61,423 nt of DNA from Prevotella sp. GTDB lineage: Bacteria; Bacteroidota; Bacteroidia; Bacteroidales; Bacteroidaceae. The stretch is taken from assembly GCA_051892655.1 (NCBI GenBank), contig JBJFGK010000065.1, positions 1 to 61,423 of the forward strand, given 5' to 3'. Position 1 is the first letter of the stretch, and each line of letters begins with the position of its first letter. Under the pieces are notes generated by a model. It searched no databases. It was not told the DNA's origin and was given only the letters and a program-made list of their open reading frames with translations. A program made the translations under genes and the position numbers. Positions 19,482 to 30,498 of the stretch are shown in pieces.

Positions 19482-21359
19482 ATGCAAATGATTTTAAAAT
19501 ACGACGTCATTATCATTGGTGCGGGACATGCTGGATGTGAAGCAGCAACAGCTGCTGCCAATATGGGTGCTAAGACTTGTCTGATAACTATGGACATGAA
19601 CAAAATAGCACAAATGAGTTGTAATCCGGCCATTGGAGGCATTGCAAAAGGACAGATAGTCAGAGAAATTGATGCTCTTGGAGGTCAGATGGGACTTATT
19701 GCAGATGCTACGTCTATACAATTTCGTATGCTAAATCTCTCTAAAGGACCGGCCGTATGGAGTCCGCGCGCGCAATGTGATCGTGAAAAATTCATTTGGC
19801 AATGGAGAGAGACACTTGACAGAACCGATAATCTTGACATTTGGCAAGATCAGGTATGTGAGATTATTACAGAGGGGAAAAATATAATTGGAGCTAAAAC
19901 CATTTGGGGAGTTGAAATAAAAGCAAAAGCGGTTGTACTTACTGCGGGAACATTTCTTAATGGTTTGCTACACATAGGCCGATATACCTTGCCGGGAGGC
20001 CGCATAGCAGAACCTGCAGTCACAAGACTTACTGAAAGTATTGCAGAAAAAGGAATTTCGTTCGGACGAATGAAAACCGGCACTCCTGTTAGAATAGATA
20101 AACGGACCGTACATTTTGAAGAAATGGAAAAGCAAGATGGCGAAAATGATTTCCATAGCTTCAGTTTTATGAGCTCAGGTAAAAAACTTAAACAATTGCC
20201 ATGCTGGATATGCTATACCAACACAGAGGTACATAAGACATTAATGGAAGCTATTAATGACTCTCCTCTATATAACGGACAAATTAAAAGCATTGGCCCC
20301 AGATACTGCCCTTCTATTGAGACGAAACTAAAAACTTTCCCGGATAAAGAACAACATCCACTGTTTTTAGAACCGGAAGGTGAAGACACTAATGAAATGT
20401 ATCTTAACGGCTTTTCGTCAAGTATGCCAATGGAAGTACAGATAAATGCTTTGCGAAAAATCCCCGCATTCAGGGACATAAAAATATACAGACCGGGATA
20501 CGCAATAGAATATGATTATTTTGATCCAACCCAATTAAAACACTCGTTGGAATCAAAAATAATAAACGGATTATTCTTCGCCGGACAGGTTAATGGTACA
20601 ACCGGTTACGAAGAAGCCGGAGGACAAGGTATTGTTGCTGGCATAAATGCTGCATTATATTGTAATGGTAGTGATCCATTTACAATGCACAGAGATGATT
20701 CATATATAGGAGTACTTATAGATGATCTTGTTACAAAGGGTGTTGACGAACCTTATCGTATGTTTACCAGCCGCGCCGAATATCGAATATTGCTGCGGCA
20801 AGATGATGCAGACGCAAGACTTACGGAAAAATCCTACAAGATAGGATTATCTACAAACGAAAGATATAATTGGTGGAAAAGAAAAGAAGAAGGCATTGCG
20901 AAAATAATTAACTTCTGCCAACAAGAACATATCAAGCCGAAAGATGTAAATGACAAACTGGTAACTCTTGGAACGACACCGATTAAAGAAGGATGCAAAG
21001 CAATAGATCTTATATCAAGACCTCAAATTAATATTCACAATCTATCGGAAATAACGCCAAAATTAAAAGAAGTAATCGTATCTTTGCCTGATAGGAACGA
21101 GGAAATAGCTGAGTCAGCTGAGATAAAGATGAAATACAAAGGCTATATAGAACGTGAAAGAATAATCGCAGACAAGATGCATAGGCTTGAGAACATAAAA
21201 ATAAAAGGTCATTTCAACTACATGGAGATGCAACAATTGTCAACAGAAGCGAGACAGAAATTGACAGCTATTAACCCGGAAACTTTGGCGCAAGCAGAAA
21301 GGATACCGGGAGTATCGCCAAGCGATATAAACATCTTGCTGATATTAATGAACAGATAG
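19482..21359 (+). CDS. mnmG: tRNA uridine-5-carboxymethylaminomethyl modification enzyme MnmG (GidA)
   Basis: GAGHAGCEAA, MSCNPAIGG, GPRYCPSIE, GTTGYEEA, EPYRMFTSRAEYR. Confidence 0.98.
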   Translation: MQMILKYDVIIIGAGHAGCEAATAAANMGAKTCLITMDMNKIAQMSCNPAIGGIAKGQIVREIDALGGQMGLIADATSIQFRMLNLSKGPAVWSPRAQCDREKFIWQWRETLDRTDNLDIWQDQVCEIITEGKNIIGAKTIWGVEIKAKAVVLTAGTFLNGLLHIGRYTLPGGRIAEPAVTRLTESIAEKGISFGRMKTGTPVRIDKRTVHFEEMEKQDGENDFHSFSFMSSGKKLKQLPCWICYTNTEVHKTLMEAINDSPLYNGQIKSIGPRYCPSIETKLKTFPDKEQHPLFLEPEGEDTNEMYLNGFSSSMPMEVQINALRKIPAFRDIKIYRPGYAIEYDYFDPTQLKHSLESKIINGLFFAGQVNGTTGYEEAGGQGIVAGINAALYCNGSDPFTMHRDDSYIGVLIDDLVTKGVDEPYRMFTSRAEYRILLRQDDADARLTEKSYKIGLSTNERYNWWKRKEEGIAKIINFCQQEHIKPKDVNDKLVTLGTTPIKEGCKAIDLISRPQINIHNLSEITPKLKEVIVSLPDRNEEIAESAEIKMKYKGYIERERIIADKMHRLENIKIKGHFNYMEMQQLSTEARQKLTAINPETLAQAERIPGVSPSDINILLILMNR

Positions 21360-21363
21360 CAAA

Positions 21364-21379
21364 CGTTTCACGTGGAACA
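21364..21379. promoter_or_regulatory. parS centromere-like site
   Basis: CGTTTCACGTGGAACA matches the parS consensus TGTTTCACGTGAAACA at 14/16. Confidence 0.85.
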
Positions 21380-21581
21380 AAATATAATTTAATCGTTAAA
21401 TTGCAGAGTTTTACTAAATAATACATGTAAAGTTAATACATGGTAACTTGATTAATATTTAGCATCAAACCTACAAATATCATGCAAGATTTATATAATA
21501 GAGGATTTTGTAATTAGAATTAAGCAAGAACGACATATATACAAGAATATATCGGATAAATCATTAAAATATAAATACAAT

Positions 21582-22112
21582 ATGAATAACGAAAAGCTAC
21601 TGGAGAATTTGAGGTGTATCCCTGATTTTCCACAGAAAGGAATCAACTTCAGAGATGTTACAACTTTGTTTAAAAACCCCGAATGTTTAAAGATTATAAA
21701 TGACGAATTATACGAATTGTATAAAGATAAAGGCATCACAAAAATCGTTGGAATTGAAAGTCGTGGTTTTGTAATGTCGTCTGCATTAGCAGTAAGACTC
21801 AATGCAGGTGTCGTATTATGCAGAAAACCGGGCAAACTTCCTGCTGAAACCGTGCAGGAAAGTTACTCAAAAGAATACGGAACAGATACCATAGAGATTC
21901 ACAAAGATGCAATAAACGAGAATGATGTACTATTGTTGCATGATGATTTACTCGCAACAGGCGGTACGATGAAAGCCGCTTACAATCTGGTTAAAAAGTT
22001 TAATCCGAAAAAAATATACGTGAATTTCTTGATAGAACTTGTAAACGAGAACTTAAAAGGAAGGGAAACATTTGACGAAGGCACGGACATTACAAGTCTT
22101 CTAAAAGTTTGA
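21582..22112 (+). CDS. apt: Adenine phosphoribosyltransferase
   Basis: IPDFPQKGINFRD, GIESRGF, LLHDDLLATGGT. Confidence 0.96.
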   Translation: MNNEKLLENLRCIPDFPQKGINFRDVTTLFKNPECLKIINDELYELYKDKGITKIVGIESRGFVMSSALAVRLNAGVVLCRKPGKLPAETVQESYSKEYGTDTIEIHKDAINENDVLLLHDDLLATGGTMKAAYNLVKKFNPKKIYVNFLIELVNENLKGRETFDEGTDITSLLKV

Positions 22113-22135
22113 TTGTATTGCTATGAAACATTATT

Positions 22136-22201
22136 GACGAGCATACAGAATCATATTATTTGTTCTTTATATTAAAGATTTATATATTCTGTATGCTCGT
22201 C
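22136..22201. repeat. Perfect 16-bp inverted repeat (hairpin/terminator) after apt
   Basis: GACGAGCATACAGAAT (22136-22151) / ATTCTGTATGCTCGTC (22186-22201). Confidence 0.75.
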
Positions 22202-22326
22202 TGTTTGTATTTGTTATATGGTAGTTTTATAGAACCATATCTATTCACAATTGTTTCCGACTTGTATTGCATTTTACATTTACACGTTTTACAAAGAAAC
22301 GTTATATATTAAAGAGTGCGTGCAAA

Positions 22327-22342
22327 CGTTTCACGTGAAACA
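22327..22342. promoter_or_regulatory. parS centromere-like site
   Basis: CGTTTCACGTGAAACA, 15/16 match to the parS consensus. Confidence 0.9.
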
Positions 22343-22377
22343 TTATTTACTAAATCTTACACAAGAGTATTATATCA

Positions 22378-24207
22378 ATGGCTAAAAAGGACGCAGAAAG
22401 CAAGGAGTTGAGACTAAGGTCTATTATAAGTAATATGCCTTCCAAACCCGGAAGCTATCAATTCTATGACATCAATGGTAAGATTATATATGTCGGAAAG
22501 GCAAAGAATCTAAAAAACAGAGTATCATCTTACTTCCACAAAGAAGTTGACCGGCTTAAGACAAAGATTCTTGTAAGCAAAATAGAAGACATTAAATACA
22601 TTGTAGTAAACACGGAAGAAGATGCTTTACTATTGGAAAACAATTTGATAAAGAAATACAAACCCAAATATAACATTCTGCTTAAAGACAGCAAGACCTA
22701 TCCTTATATCTGCGTAACAAAGGAATTATTTCCGCGAGTATACAAGACAAGGATCGTAAACAGGAAAACGGGAATATATTTCGGTCCTTATAGTCATGTC
22801 GGTAATATGTACGCGATATTGGAATTGATACGAAAATTGTATAAGCCACGCTCATGTAACATGCTGTTAAGACGTGAGGGAATAGCTGACGGGACGTATA
22901 AGCCATGTTTGGAATATCATATACACAACTGCGGTGCTCCATGTATTAACAAGCAAAGTTATGAGGACTATCAGGAAAACATCAACAATATTAAAGAGAT
23001 TCTCAAAGGAAACACCCGGCAATTATCAAAACTGCTGTTTGAAAAGATGCAGCTATTTGCTGAAGAACTTAGATTTGAAGAGGCTGAAACAATAAAACAA
23101 CAGTATTTATTACTTAATAATTTCTGTTCAAAAAGCGAGGTTGTAAGCCATACTATCAGCAATGTAGATGTGTTTACCATAACTAACGACGAGAAAACAG
23201 CATACATCAATTTCCTCCATGTCATGAACGGCAGTATTAATCAAGCTCAAACGTTTGAATTCAAGAAGAAATTGGATGAAAGTGATGAAGATATTCTGCA
23301 AATAGCCATACTGCGTATCAGGGAAATTATGGGCAGCGAGTCTAAAGAAATCATCCTTTCAGAGCCTATAAATATGCATCTGGATGACGTTGTCTTTACC
23401 GTTCCGCAAAAGGGAGACAAGAAAAAGCTCATCGAACTTAGCCTGATGAATGGCAAACAATATCGTTTTGACAGGCTGAAACAGGCCGAAAAGCTCAATC
23501 CGGAGCATAAAGCGGTAAGGCTGATGAAAGAGCTACAAGCGCTGTTAAAGCTAAACAAGTTGCCATACCATATAGAGATGTTCGACAACTCTAATATAAG
23601 CGGTAGTGATGCAGTCGCGTCATGTGTGGTATTCAAGAAGTTAAAGCCATGTAAGAATGAGTATAGGAAGTATAACATCAAGACTGTGGTAGGTCCGGAT
23701 GACTATGCTTCGATGCAAGAAGTTATCAGACGACGCTATAAAAGACTGATTGAAGAGGGCGGAGAAATGCCCGATCTGATAATAACCGACGGTGGCAAAG
23801 GGCAAATGAGTGTAGTAAGAAGCGTTATTGAAAATGAATTAGGGCTGGATATACCAATAGCCGGACTTGCAAAGAATGACAAACACCGTACCAATGAGCT
23901 GCTTTACGGCAACCCTGTATTATCAGTAGGCATCAAAACAGACAGCGAACTGTTTAAGGTTTTGACAAGAATACAAGATGAAGTGCATAAAACTGCAATA
24001 ACATTCCACAGAAACAAAAGAAGCAAGAATGCCTTACACTCCGAACTTGATGATATTAAGGGTATAGGTGTCAAGACAAAAGCTCTGCTTTTACAAGAGT
24101 TCAAGAGCGTGAAACGCATAAAAGAGAGCGACCTTGAAACGCTGATAGCTAAAGTCGGAAACGCCAAAGGACATATCATATACAACCATTTTCATCCGCA
24201 GCAATAA
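22378..24207 (+). CDS. uvrC: Excinuclease ABC subunit C
   Basis: GIY-YIG (IIYVGKAKNLKNRV), FDNSN, DGGKGQ, C-terminal HhH. Confidence 0.97.
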   Translation: MAKKDAESKELRLRSIISNMPSKPGSYQFYDINGKIIYVGKAKNLKNRVSSYFHKEVDRLKTKILVSKIEDIKYIVVNTEEDALLLENNLIKKYKPKYNILLKDSKTYPYICVTKELFPRVYKTRIVNRKTGIYFGPYSHVGNMYAILELIRKLYKPRSCNMLLRREGIADGTYKPCLEYHIHNCGAPCINKQSYEDYQENINNIKEILKGNTRQLSKLLFEKMQLFAEELRFEEAETIKQQYLLLNNFCSKSEVVSHTISNVDVFTITNDEKTAYINFLHVMNGSINQAQTFEFKKKLDESDEDILQIAILRIREIMGSESKEIILSEPINMHLDDVVFTVPQKGDKKKLIELSLMNGKQYRFDRLKQAEKLNPEHKAVRLMKELQALLKLNKLPYHIEMFDNSNISGSDAVASCVVFKKLKPCKNEYRKYNIKTVVGPDDYASMQEVIRRRYKRLIEEGGEMPDLIITDGGKGQMSVVRSVIENELGLDIPIAGLAKNDKHRTNELLYGNPVLSVGIKTDSELFKVLTRIQDEVHKTAITFHRNKRSKNALHSELDDIKGIGVKTKALLLQEFKSVKRIKESDLETLIAKVGNAKGHIIYNHFHPQQ

Positions 24208-24241
24208 AACAATACGGCACAAACACTTATTTAAAGATTCG

Positions 24242-24344
24242 GAAAGATAGTGTTTGACCTATGTAACTATACTGTTTTCCGTCTGTTACTATGGTAGTTA
24301 TAATGCGTAACGATATTGTTTTTAACATGTAAATTACTTATTTT
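24242..24344. repeat. 22-bp-period degenerate array (copy B)
   Basis: Units at 24242, 24264 (TAACTATACTGTTTT), 24286 (TTACTATGGTAGTTA), 24308 (TAACGATATTGTTTT) and 24330. Confidence 0.7.
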
Positions 24345-24468
24345 AATCCGGAATTTAGTAATTTTACATTTCATATTTCCCGCATCCAGCATAAAAAGGT
24401 CTTGAAATAATTGACTTAATGACAAAATTAATTACATTTGCATATTAATTATAGTTACCTTTACAATA

Positions 24469-24921
24469 ATGAGAACAGTCATTCAAAGAGTTAAAAACGC
24501 TTCAGTTACAATAAACGGAAACATAAAGTCTTTTATCGGCGAAGGGCTTCTCATTCTACTTGGCATTGAAGAAACAGACAAAAAAGAAGACGCCGAATGG
24601 TTAGCAAAAAAGATAACTGCGCTGCGAATATTCAATGACGATAACGGTGTCATGAACAAAAGCATAACGGATATACATGGAGAAGCACTCGTAATAAGCC
24701 AATTTACGCTATTTGCAAGCTACAAGAAGGGCAATCGCCCGTCGTGGTTCAGAGCAGCCCGCCACGAAATTTCCATGCCCTTATACGAATATTTTTGCAA
24801 ATATCTGCAACAGCTATCAGACTTACCTGTCAAAACAGGCGTCTTTGGAGCTGACATGAAGGTTGAACTGCTAAACGACGGACCAGTAACAATATGCATG
24901 GACACCAAGAACAAGGAATAA
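24469..24921 (+). CDS. dtd: D-aminoacyl-tRNA deacylase
   Basis: MRTVIQRV, SQFTL, NDGPVT. Confidence 0.96.
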   Translation: MRTVIQRVKNASVTINGNIKSFIGEGLLILLGIEETDKKEDAEWLAKKITALRIFNDDNGVMNKSITDIHGEALVISQFTLFASYKKGNRPSWFRAARHEISMPLYEYFCKYLQQLSDLPVKTGVFGADMKVELLNDGPVTICMDTKNKE

Positions 24922-25068
24922 AAACAAAGAAGAAAAACAACTAAAAGTCGCTGGACAACTTCAACAAGCAGCATTCCCAATTACAGGTAACTCTTTGATT
25001 ATCATCAATATTTAGACAAAAATAGATAATATACACACATTTAACACGTTAAAAGTAACAAACATAAT

Positions 25069-25410
25069 ATGTCTGAAAACAAGGATATAACCTTACAAGA
25101 AGCCCAGAACATGGTCGACAAATGGATAAAGACCTATGGTGTAAGATATTTTTCTGAACTGACAAACTTAGCTATCCTGACAGAAGAAGTAGGAGAGCTG
25201 GCAAGAGTCATTGCAAGACGATATGGTGAACAGAGCTTCAAAGAAGGCGAAAAAGACAATCTTGGAGACGAAATGGCAGATGTACTCTGGGTGCTTATGT
25301 GTCTTGCCAACCAGACAGGCATAAACCTGACGGAACAATTCATAAAGAACATACAAAAGAAAACCGACAGAGACAAGAACAGACACGCAGCTAACAAGAA
25401 ACTGAAATAA
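25069..25410 (+). CDS. MazG-like nucleotide pyrophosphohydrolase
   Basis: LTEEVGELAR...DEMADVL motif. Confidence 0.9.
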   Translation: MSENKDITLQEAQNMVDKWIKTYGVRYFSELTNLAILTEEVGELARVIARRYGEQSFKEGEKDNLGDEMADVLWVLMCLANQTGINLTEQFIKNIQKKTDRDKNRHAANKKLK

Positions 25411-25439
25411 AAAATACTAACAATAAAAAACTTGATACT

Positions 25440-26387
25440 ATGTCAGACAAGAAACATGAAAACGACTGTAACTGTAATCACAAGCATGATAACATTACAA
25501 AAAAGATGAGCAAATACGAAGAGGCTCTCAGCAAATATGTAACTGATATTGACGATATTGACGTCAAGGAAAACGTAAAGCGTATAATTGCCGAGAAAGT
25601 TCATGAAAACGACACTCCAGAAGTTAAAAAATTCCTTTTCGGAAGCATAGAACTCACAACTCTGAAAACAACAGATTCAGAAGAAAGCGTATTAGCCTTT
25701 ACCGAAAGAGTAAACGATTTCGATTCAGCCTACCCTGCCCTACCCCACGTTGCAACAATATGCGTATATCCATGTTTTGCAAAAACTGTAAGCGAAAGCT
25801 TGGAAGTTGACGGTGTTGAAATAGCATGTGTGTCAGGAAGTTTCCCCTCATCACAAGCACTTATAGAGGTAAAAGTTGCCGAAACAGCACTTGCAGTAAA
25901 AGACGGAGCCACAGAAATAGACATCGTAATGCCTGTCGGGAAATTCCTCAGCGGCGACTACGAAAGCGTCTGTAATGATATAAGCGAAATGAAAGAAGCT
26001 TGCGGAACAGCCCCAATGAAAGTGATATTAGAAACCGGTGCACTTAAAACAGCATCAAATATCAAGAAAGCAAGCATCCTCTCCATGTATGCAGGAGCAG
26101 ATTACATCAAGACATCAACCGGCAAAATGGAGCCCGCAGCAACACCGGAAGCAGCATATGTGATGTGTCAAGCCATTAAAGAATACTATGATCAGACAGG
26201 CATACAGATAGGTTTCAAGCCCGCAGGAGGCATCAATTCAGTAATAGACGCCATTATATATTACACTATTGTAAAGGAAATCTTAGGTGAAAAATGGCTG
26301 ACAAACAAATGGTTCCGACTCGGAACAAGCCGTTTGGCAAACATGCTGCTAAGCGAACTTACAGGAGAAGAAACAAAATTCTTCTAA
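25440..26387 (+). CDS. deoC: Deoxyribose-phosphate aldolase
   Basis: GATEIDIV, KVILETG, YIKTSTGK, KPAGGI, RLGTS. Confidence 0.95.
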   Translation: MSDKKHENDCNCNHKHDNITKKMSKYEEALSKYVTDIDDIDVKENVKRIIAEKVHENDTPEVKKFLFGSIELTTLKTTDSEESVLAFTERVNDFDSAYPALPHVATICVYPCFAKTVSESLEVDGVEIACVSGSFPSSQALIEVKVAETALAVKDGATEIDIVMPVGKFLSGDYESVCNDISEMKEACGTAPMKVILETGALKTASNIKKASILSMYAGADYIKTSTGKMEPAATPEAAYVMCQAIKEYYDQTGIQIGFKPAGGINSVIDAIIYYTIVKEILGEKWLTNKWFRLGTSRLANMLLSELTGEETKFF

Positions 26388-26438
26388 AAAGAAGAATGAT
26401 ATAGACCTGAAAAACAAAGCAATAAAGACATCATATAC

Positions 26439-26518
26439 AAATATCTGAATGTACCATGCAGTCAACGGCAGCATTATAGCAGCCGACAACTTAATCGCCA
26501 TGATACATTCAGATATTT
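26439..26518. terminator. Long inverted repeat between convergent deoC and ispB
   Basis: AAATATCTGAATGTACCATG / CATGATACATTCAGATATTT (19/20 complementary). Confidence 0.65.
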
Positions 26519-26558
26519 ATTTTCATAAGACCGACCAATGTATAAACACGTTTTTCCG

Positions 26559-27536
26559 TTATACATTGCGCTCTATAACAAAATCAAGATAGGCGGTCAG
26601 CGCTTTGGATATTGCCGGATCCTTCACATCATTATCAATAAAATCCGCCGCTTCTTTACGCATTTCTGCCATACGTTTCTCGGCATATTCTATACCACCA
26701 TTGGCTTTGGTATATTCAACAAGCACATCTATTTCATCAGAAGTTATAGTATGATTCTTTACCTTAGCAGCCAATTGTTTGATATACGGATCATCAGACC
26801 TATCAACAGCATATATAGCCGGCAGGGTCAACTTCCCTTCTGCCATATCATTACCGGTAGGCTTTCCAATCTCTTTTGAATCAAAATAGTCAAATATATC
26901 ATCACGAATTTGAAATATCATACCCAAAAGTCTGCCAAACCGGGCCGCGCCATCCAACTCCCCTTCCGTCTTACCGGCAGATATAGCTCCTATCGTACAA
27001 CAAGCCTCAAACAAAGCCGCTGTCTTCCTTATTATAACTTCATAGTAAACTTCTTCAGAAATCTCATCCTCAGCATTGCTCGTCAACTGCAATATCTCAC
27101 CATCAGACAAAGTCCTGCCCAACTCGGCAAGAGTCCTTACAATCAGCTCATTATGAGTCTTTGAAACATGAAGCAATGCCGTTGAAAGAATATAATCACC
27201 AACAAGTACGGCAACCTTATTACCATAAGAATGATTTACAGACGACTGCCCCCTTCTCTCAATACTCTCATCCACAACATCATCATGAACTAAAGAAGCC
27301 GTATGTAACAACTCTATACCCAAAGCAGCCTGTAAAGTCACGTCACTTATACACCCATAATTCTTTGCCATTAACATTATAAGCATAGGTCTCATACGCT
27401 TTCCTGCACGCTTTCTGATGCGAGAAAAAATCTCCTCCTGCAACATTCCTGTGTGAGAAAGAGATGTATTGAACAAGTCAGAAAAAGCATTTAACTCAAC
27501 CTCTATCGGCTTCTTTATTATTGACAAATAATCCAT
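26559..27536 (-). CDS. ispB: Polyprenyl diphosphate synthase (IspB-like)
   Basis: GKRMRP, LVHDDVVD and FQIRDDIFD motifs. The likely start is ATG at 27536 (MDYLSIIK), because the longer ORF overlaps polA. Confidence 0.88.
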   Translation of the reverse strand: MDYLSIIKKPIEVELNAFSDLFNTSLSHTGMLQEEIFSRIRKRAGKRMRPMLIMLMAKNYGCISDVTLQAALGIELLHTASLVHDDVVDESIERRGQSSVNHSYGNKVAVLVGDYILSTALLHVSKTHNELIVRTLAELGRTLSDGEILQLTSNAEDEISEEVYYEVIIRKTAALFEACCTIGAISAGKTEGELDGAARFGRLLGMIFQIRDDIFDYFDSKEIGKPTGNDMAEGKLTLPAIYAVDRSDDPYIKQLAAKVKNHTITSDEIDVLVEYTKANGGIEYAEKRMAEMRKEAADFIDNDVKDPAISKALTAYLDFVIERNV

Positions 27537-27622
27537 TTGATTGCAAATTTTCTTACAAAAATACGTGTTTTTTCGGATTAATAATAAAAAAATAGTAATT
27601 TTACATTTTAAAAAACATAAAA

Positions 27623-30388
27623 ATGGAAAAGTTATTCCTGTTAGACGCATACGCATTGATTTACCGTGCATATTACGCATTCATTAAAAATCCCCGAATT
27701 AACTCAAAAGGCATGAATACATCTGCCATTATGGGATTTTGTAACACACTTCATGAAGTAATACAAAAAGAACAACCAACACTATTGGGCGTTGCTTTTG
27801 ACCCACAAGGCCCTACTTTCCGTACAGAAGCATACAGCCAATATAAAGCCCAACGTGAAGAAACACCTGAAGACATCCGTAAATCCGTTCCTATTATAAA
27901 AGAAATCCTTATTTCAATGAACATTCCGGTTCTTGAAGTTAAAGGTTTTGAAGCCGACGACATAATAGGCACATTAGCCAAACAGGCTGCATCACAAAAC
28001 ATAGAAACATACATGCTTACTCCGGATAAAGATTACGGACAAATTGTCAATGAAAATATATACATGTACCGCCCACGTCACGGAGGCGGATATGAAACAC
28101 TTGATGCCAATGGTATTTGTGCAAAATATGAAATTAATTCAACTGCACAAATCATAGACCTCTTAGGATTGATGGGAGACTCTGCCGACAACATACCGGG
28201 ATGTCCCGGCGTAGGAGAAAAGACCGCTGTAAAATTAATACATCAATTTGGCAGCATAGAGCAACTACTTGAAAGAACATCAGAATTAAAAGGAGCACTT
28301 AAAAAGAAAATAGAAGATAATAGCGAACAAATTAAATTCTCAAAATTTTTAGCTACTATCAAAACTGACGTTCCTATATCTCTTGAAGTCGAAAAACTAA
28401 AAATAAGCGAACCCAATTTTGCAGAACTCAAAAAAATATTTGATGAATTAGAGTTTAAAAACCTTTTAAACAAATTCCTTAATAAATCGGAAAATAACAT
28501 AAAAAACAAGAACGGACAACTTGATTTATTTGCAAATTTCTCGAACGATGAGTCAGAAGTTGCAAAAAACACGAATTTAAAGACCTTAAATAATATAGAC
28601 TACACTTACAAACTTGTTGACAATGAGAATGATATACGAAATTTATATGATTTTTTAAGGACAAAAAAAATATTAAGTTTAGATACTGAGACAACATCAA
28701 CCAATGCTATAGATGCTGAATTGGTCGGTTTAAGCTTTTCTGTAACAGAAAATGAAGCGTTCTATGTACCTATTCCTCCGGAGCGGGAAAAGGCAGAAAA
28801 AATTATCAACATATTTAAACCGCTATATGAAAATAGTGAAATACAGAAAGTCGGACAAAACATAAAGTACGATTTTACTGTATTGGCAAATTATGGAGTG
28901 ACACTTAAAGGTGAAATGTTTGATACAATGATTGCCCATTATCTACTCCAGCCGGAACTTCGTCATAATATGGATTATTTGGCAGAGGTTTATCTGAATT
29001 ACAAAACTATTCATATTGAAGAGTTGATAGGACCTAAAGGGAAGAAACAAGGCTCCATGCGAGATCTTGATCCGAAAGAAATATATGAATACGCCTCTGA
29101 AGACGCGGACATAACATTGAAACTAAAAAATATACTTGAGCCGAAATTAAAAGAGAACGGTATTTGGAGCTTGTTTCATGATATAGAAATGCCGCTCGTA
29201 CCTGTACTCGCTGAGATGGAAATGAATGGCGTTAGAATAGACACAACTTCGCTTAACGAAACATCAACAATTTTATCACAAAGGATTAATGATATAGAAA
29301 AAGAGATATATTCTTTGGCAGGAGAAGTGTTCAACATATCATCTCCCAAACAAGTAGGCGATATTTTGTTTGGCAAGATGAAGATAGTTGAAAAGCCCAA
29401 AAAGACTAAAACGGGGCAGTATGTAACATCAGAAGAAGTTCTACAACAGCTCAAGAACAAGAGCGAAATTGTTGGTAAGATACTTGAACATAGGGGTTTA
29501 AAGAAGCTGCTCAACACATATGTCGATGCTTTACCTAAACTTATCAATCCAAAGACAGGACACATACATACATCATTTAACCAAACAGTAACAGCAACAG
29601 GAAGACTTTCATCAAGTGATCCTAATTTACAGAACATACCGGTACGCGGAGAAGACGGTAAAGAGATACGTCGCGCATTTATTCCTGAGGAAGGATGCCT
29701 GTTTTTTTCTGCCGATTACAGCCAAATAGAATTGCGCGTTATGGCACATCTTAGCGGTGATGAGAATATGATTGACGCATTTAGAAACGGTTATGATATA
29801 CATGCCGCAACTGCCGCCAAGATTTATAAAGAGTCTATAGATACTGTAAGCCGTGATCAACGTACAAAAGCCAAACGTGCCAACTTTGGTATAATTTATG
29901 GAATAACCGTTTTTGGTCTTGCAGAACGTCTTGACATAAGCCGTTCTGAAGCGAGCCAATTGATAGAAGGGTATTTTGAAACATTCCCCAAAGTGCATGA
30001 ATATATGGAAAAGGCAAAAGAAAAAGCCCGCAATAACGGTTATGCCGAGACACTATTCAACCGAAAACGTTATCTTCCCGACATACTGTCGCACAATGCG
30101 ACAGTAAGAGGTTTTGCCGAGCGCAATGCCATAAACGCACCAATACAAGGAACGGCCGCAGACATTATAAAAGTGGCGATGATACATATATACAAGCGTT
30201 TTAAAGAAGAAGGGATACGCAGCAAAATGATATTACAAGTTCACGATGAATTAAACTTTTCCGTATATCCGGAAGAACGTGAAATAGTAGAAAAGATAGT
30301 CATTGAAGAGATGCAATCTGCTTACCAGCTATCCGTACCTCTCATTGCAGACAGCGGATGGGGCAACAACTGGCTTGAAGCACATTGA
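27623..30388 (+). CDS. polA: DNA polymerase I
   Basis: 5'-3' exonuclease, DTETT 3'-5' exonuclease, ADYSQIELR, KRANFGIIYG, QVHDEL. Confidence 0.98.
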   Translation: MEKLFLLDAYALIYRAYYAFIKNPRINSKGMNTSAIMGFCNTLHEVIQKEQPTLLGVAFDPQGPTFRTEAYSQYKAQREETPEDIRKSVPIIKEILISMNIPVLEVKGFEADDIIGTLAKQAASQNIETYMLTPDKDYGQIVNENIYMYRPRHGGGYETLDANGICAKYEINSTAQIIDLLGLMGDSADNIPGCPGVGEKTAVKLIHQFGSIEQLLERTSELKGALKKKIEDNSEQIKFSKFLATIKTDVPISLEVEKLKISEPNFAELKKIFDELEFKNLLNKFLNKSENNIKNKNGQLDLFANFSNDESEVAKNTNLKTLNNIDYTYKLVDNENDIRNLYDFLRTKKILSLDTETTSTNAIDAELVGLSFSVTENEAFYVPIPPEREKAEKIINIFKPLYENSEIQKVGQNIKYDFTVLANYGVTLKGEMFDTMIAHYLLQPELRHNMDYLAEVYLNYKTIHIEELIGPKGKKQGSMRDLDPKEIYEYASEDADITLKLKNILEPKLKENGIWSLFHDIEMPLVPVLAEMEMNGVRIDTTSLNETSTILSQRINDIEKEIYSLAGEVFNISSPKQVGDILFGKMKIVEKPKKTKTGQYVTSEEVLQQLKNKSEIVGKILEHRGLKKLLNTYVDALPKLINPKTGHIHTSFNQTVTATGRLSSSDPNLQNIPVRGEDGKEIRRAFIPEEGCLFFSADYSQIELRVMAHLSGDENMIDAFRNGYDIHAATAAKIYKESIDTVSRDQRTKAKRANFGIIYGITVFGLAERLDISRSEASQLIEGYFETFPKVHEYMEKAKEKARNNGYAETLFNRKRYLPDILSHNATVRGFAERNAINAPIQGTAADIIKVAMIHIYKRFKEEGIRSKMILQVHDELNFSVYPEEREIVEKIVIEEMQSAYQLSVPLIADSGWGNNWLEAH

Positions 30389-30498
30389 TATACACTTTAA
30401 GATTAAGGTATATGACAACCTTTTCTTTGCAGATGTCTCATTATGTCAAAATAAATCAGTAACTTCGCAGCCGTATTAAATAAACTTTCTATAAAGAC

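Noticed and set aside
19401-19642. N-terminal part of the 146-aa ORF 19202..19642 as a real gene
   Set aside because: Antisense to the mnmG start. Only its distal part is an IS3 remnant.
22213-22240. Possible fifth 22-bp array (TATATGGTAGTTTT)
   Set aside because: Only one motif-like unit, with no convincing periodic neighbours
27537-27680. N-terminal extension of the polyprenyl synthase
   Set aside because: Overlaps the polA start and divergent promoter region. The family-like sequence begins at MDYLSIIK.
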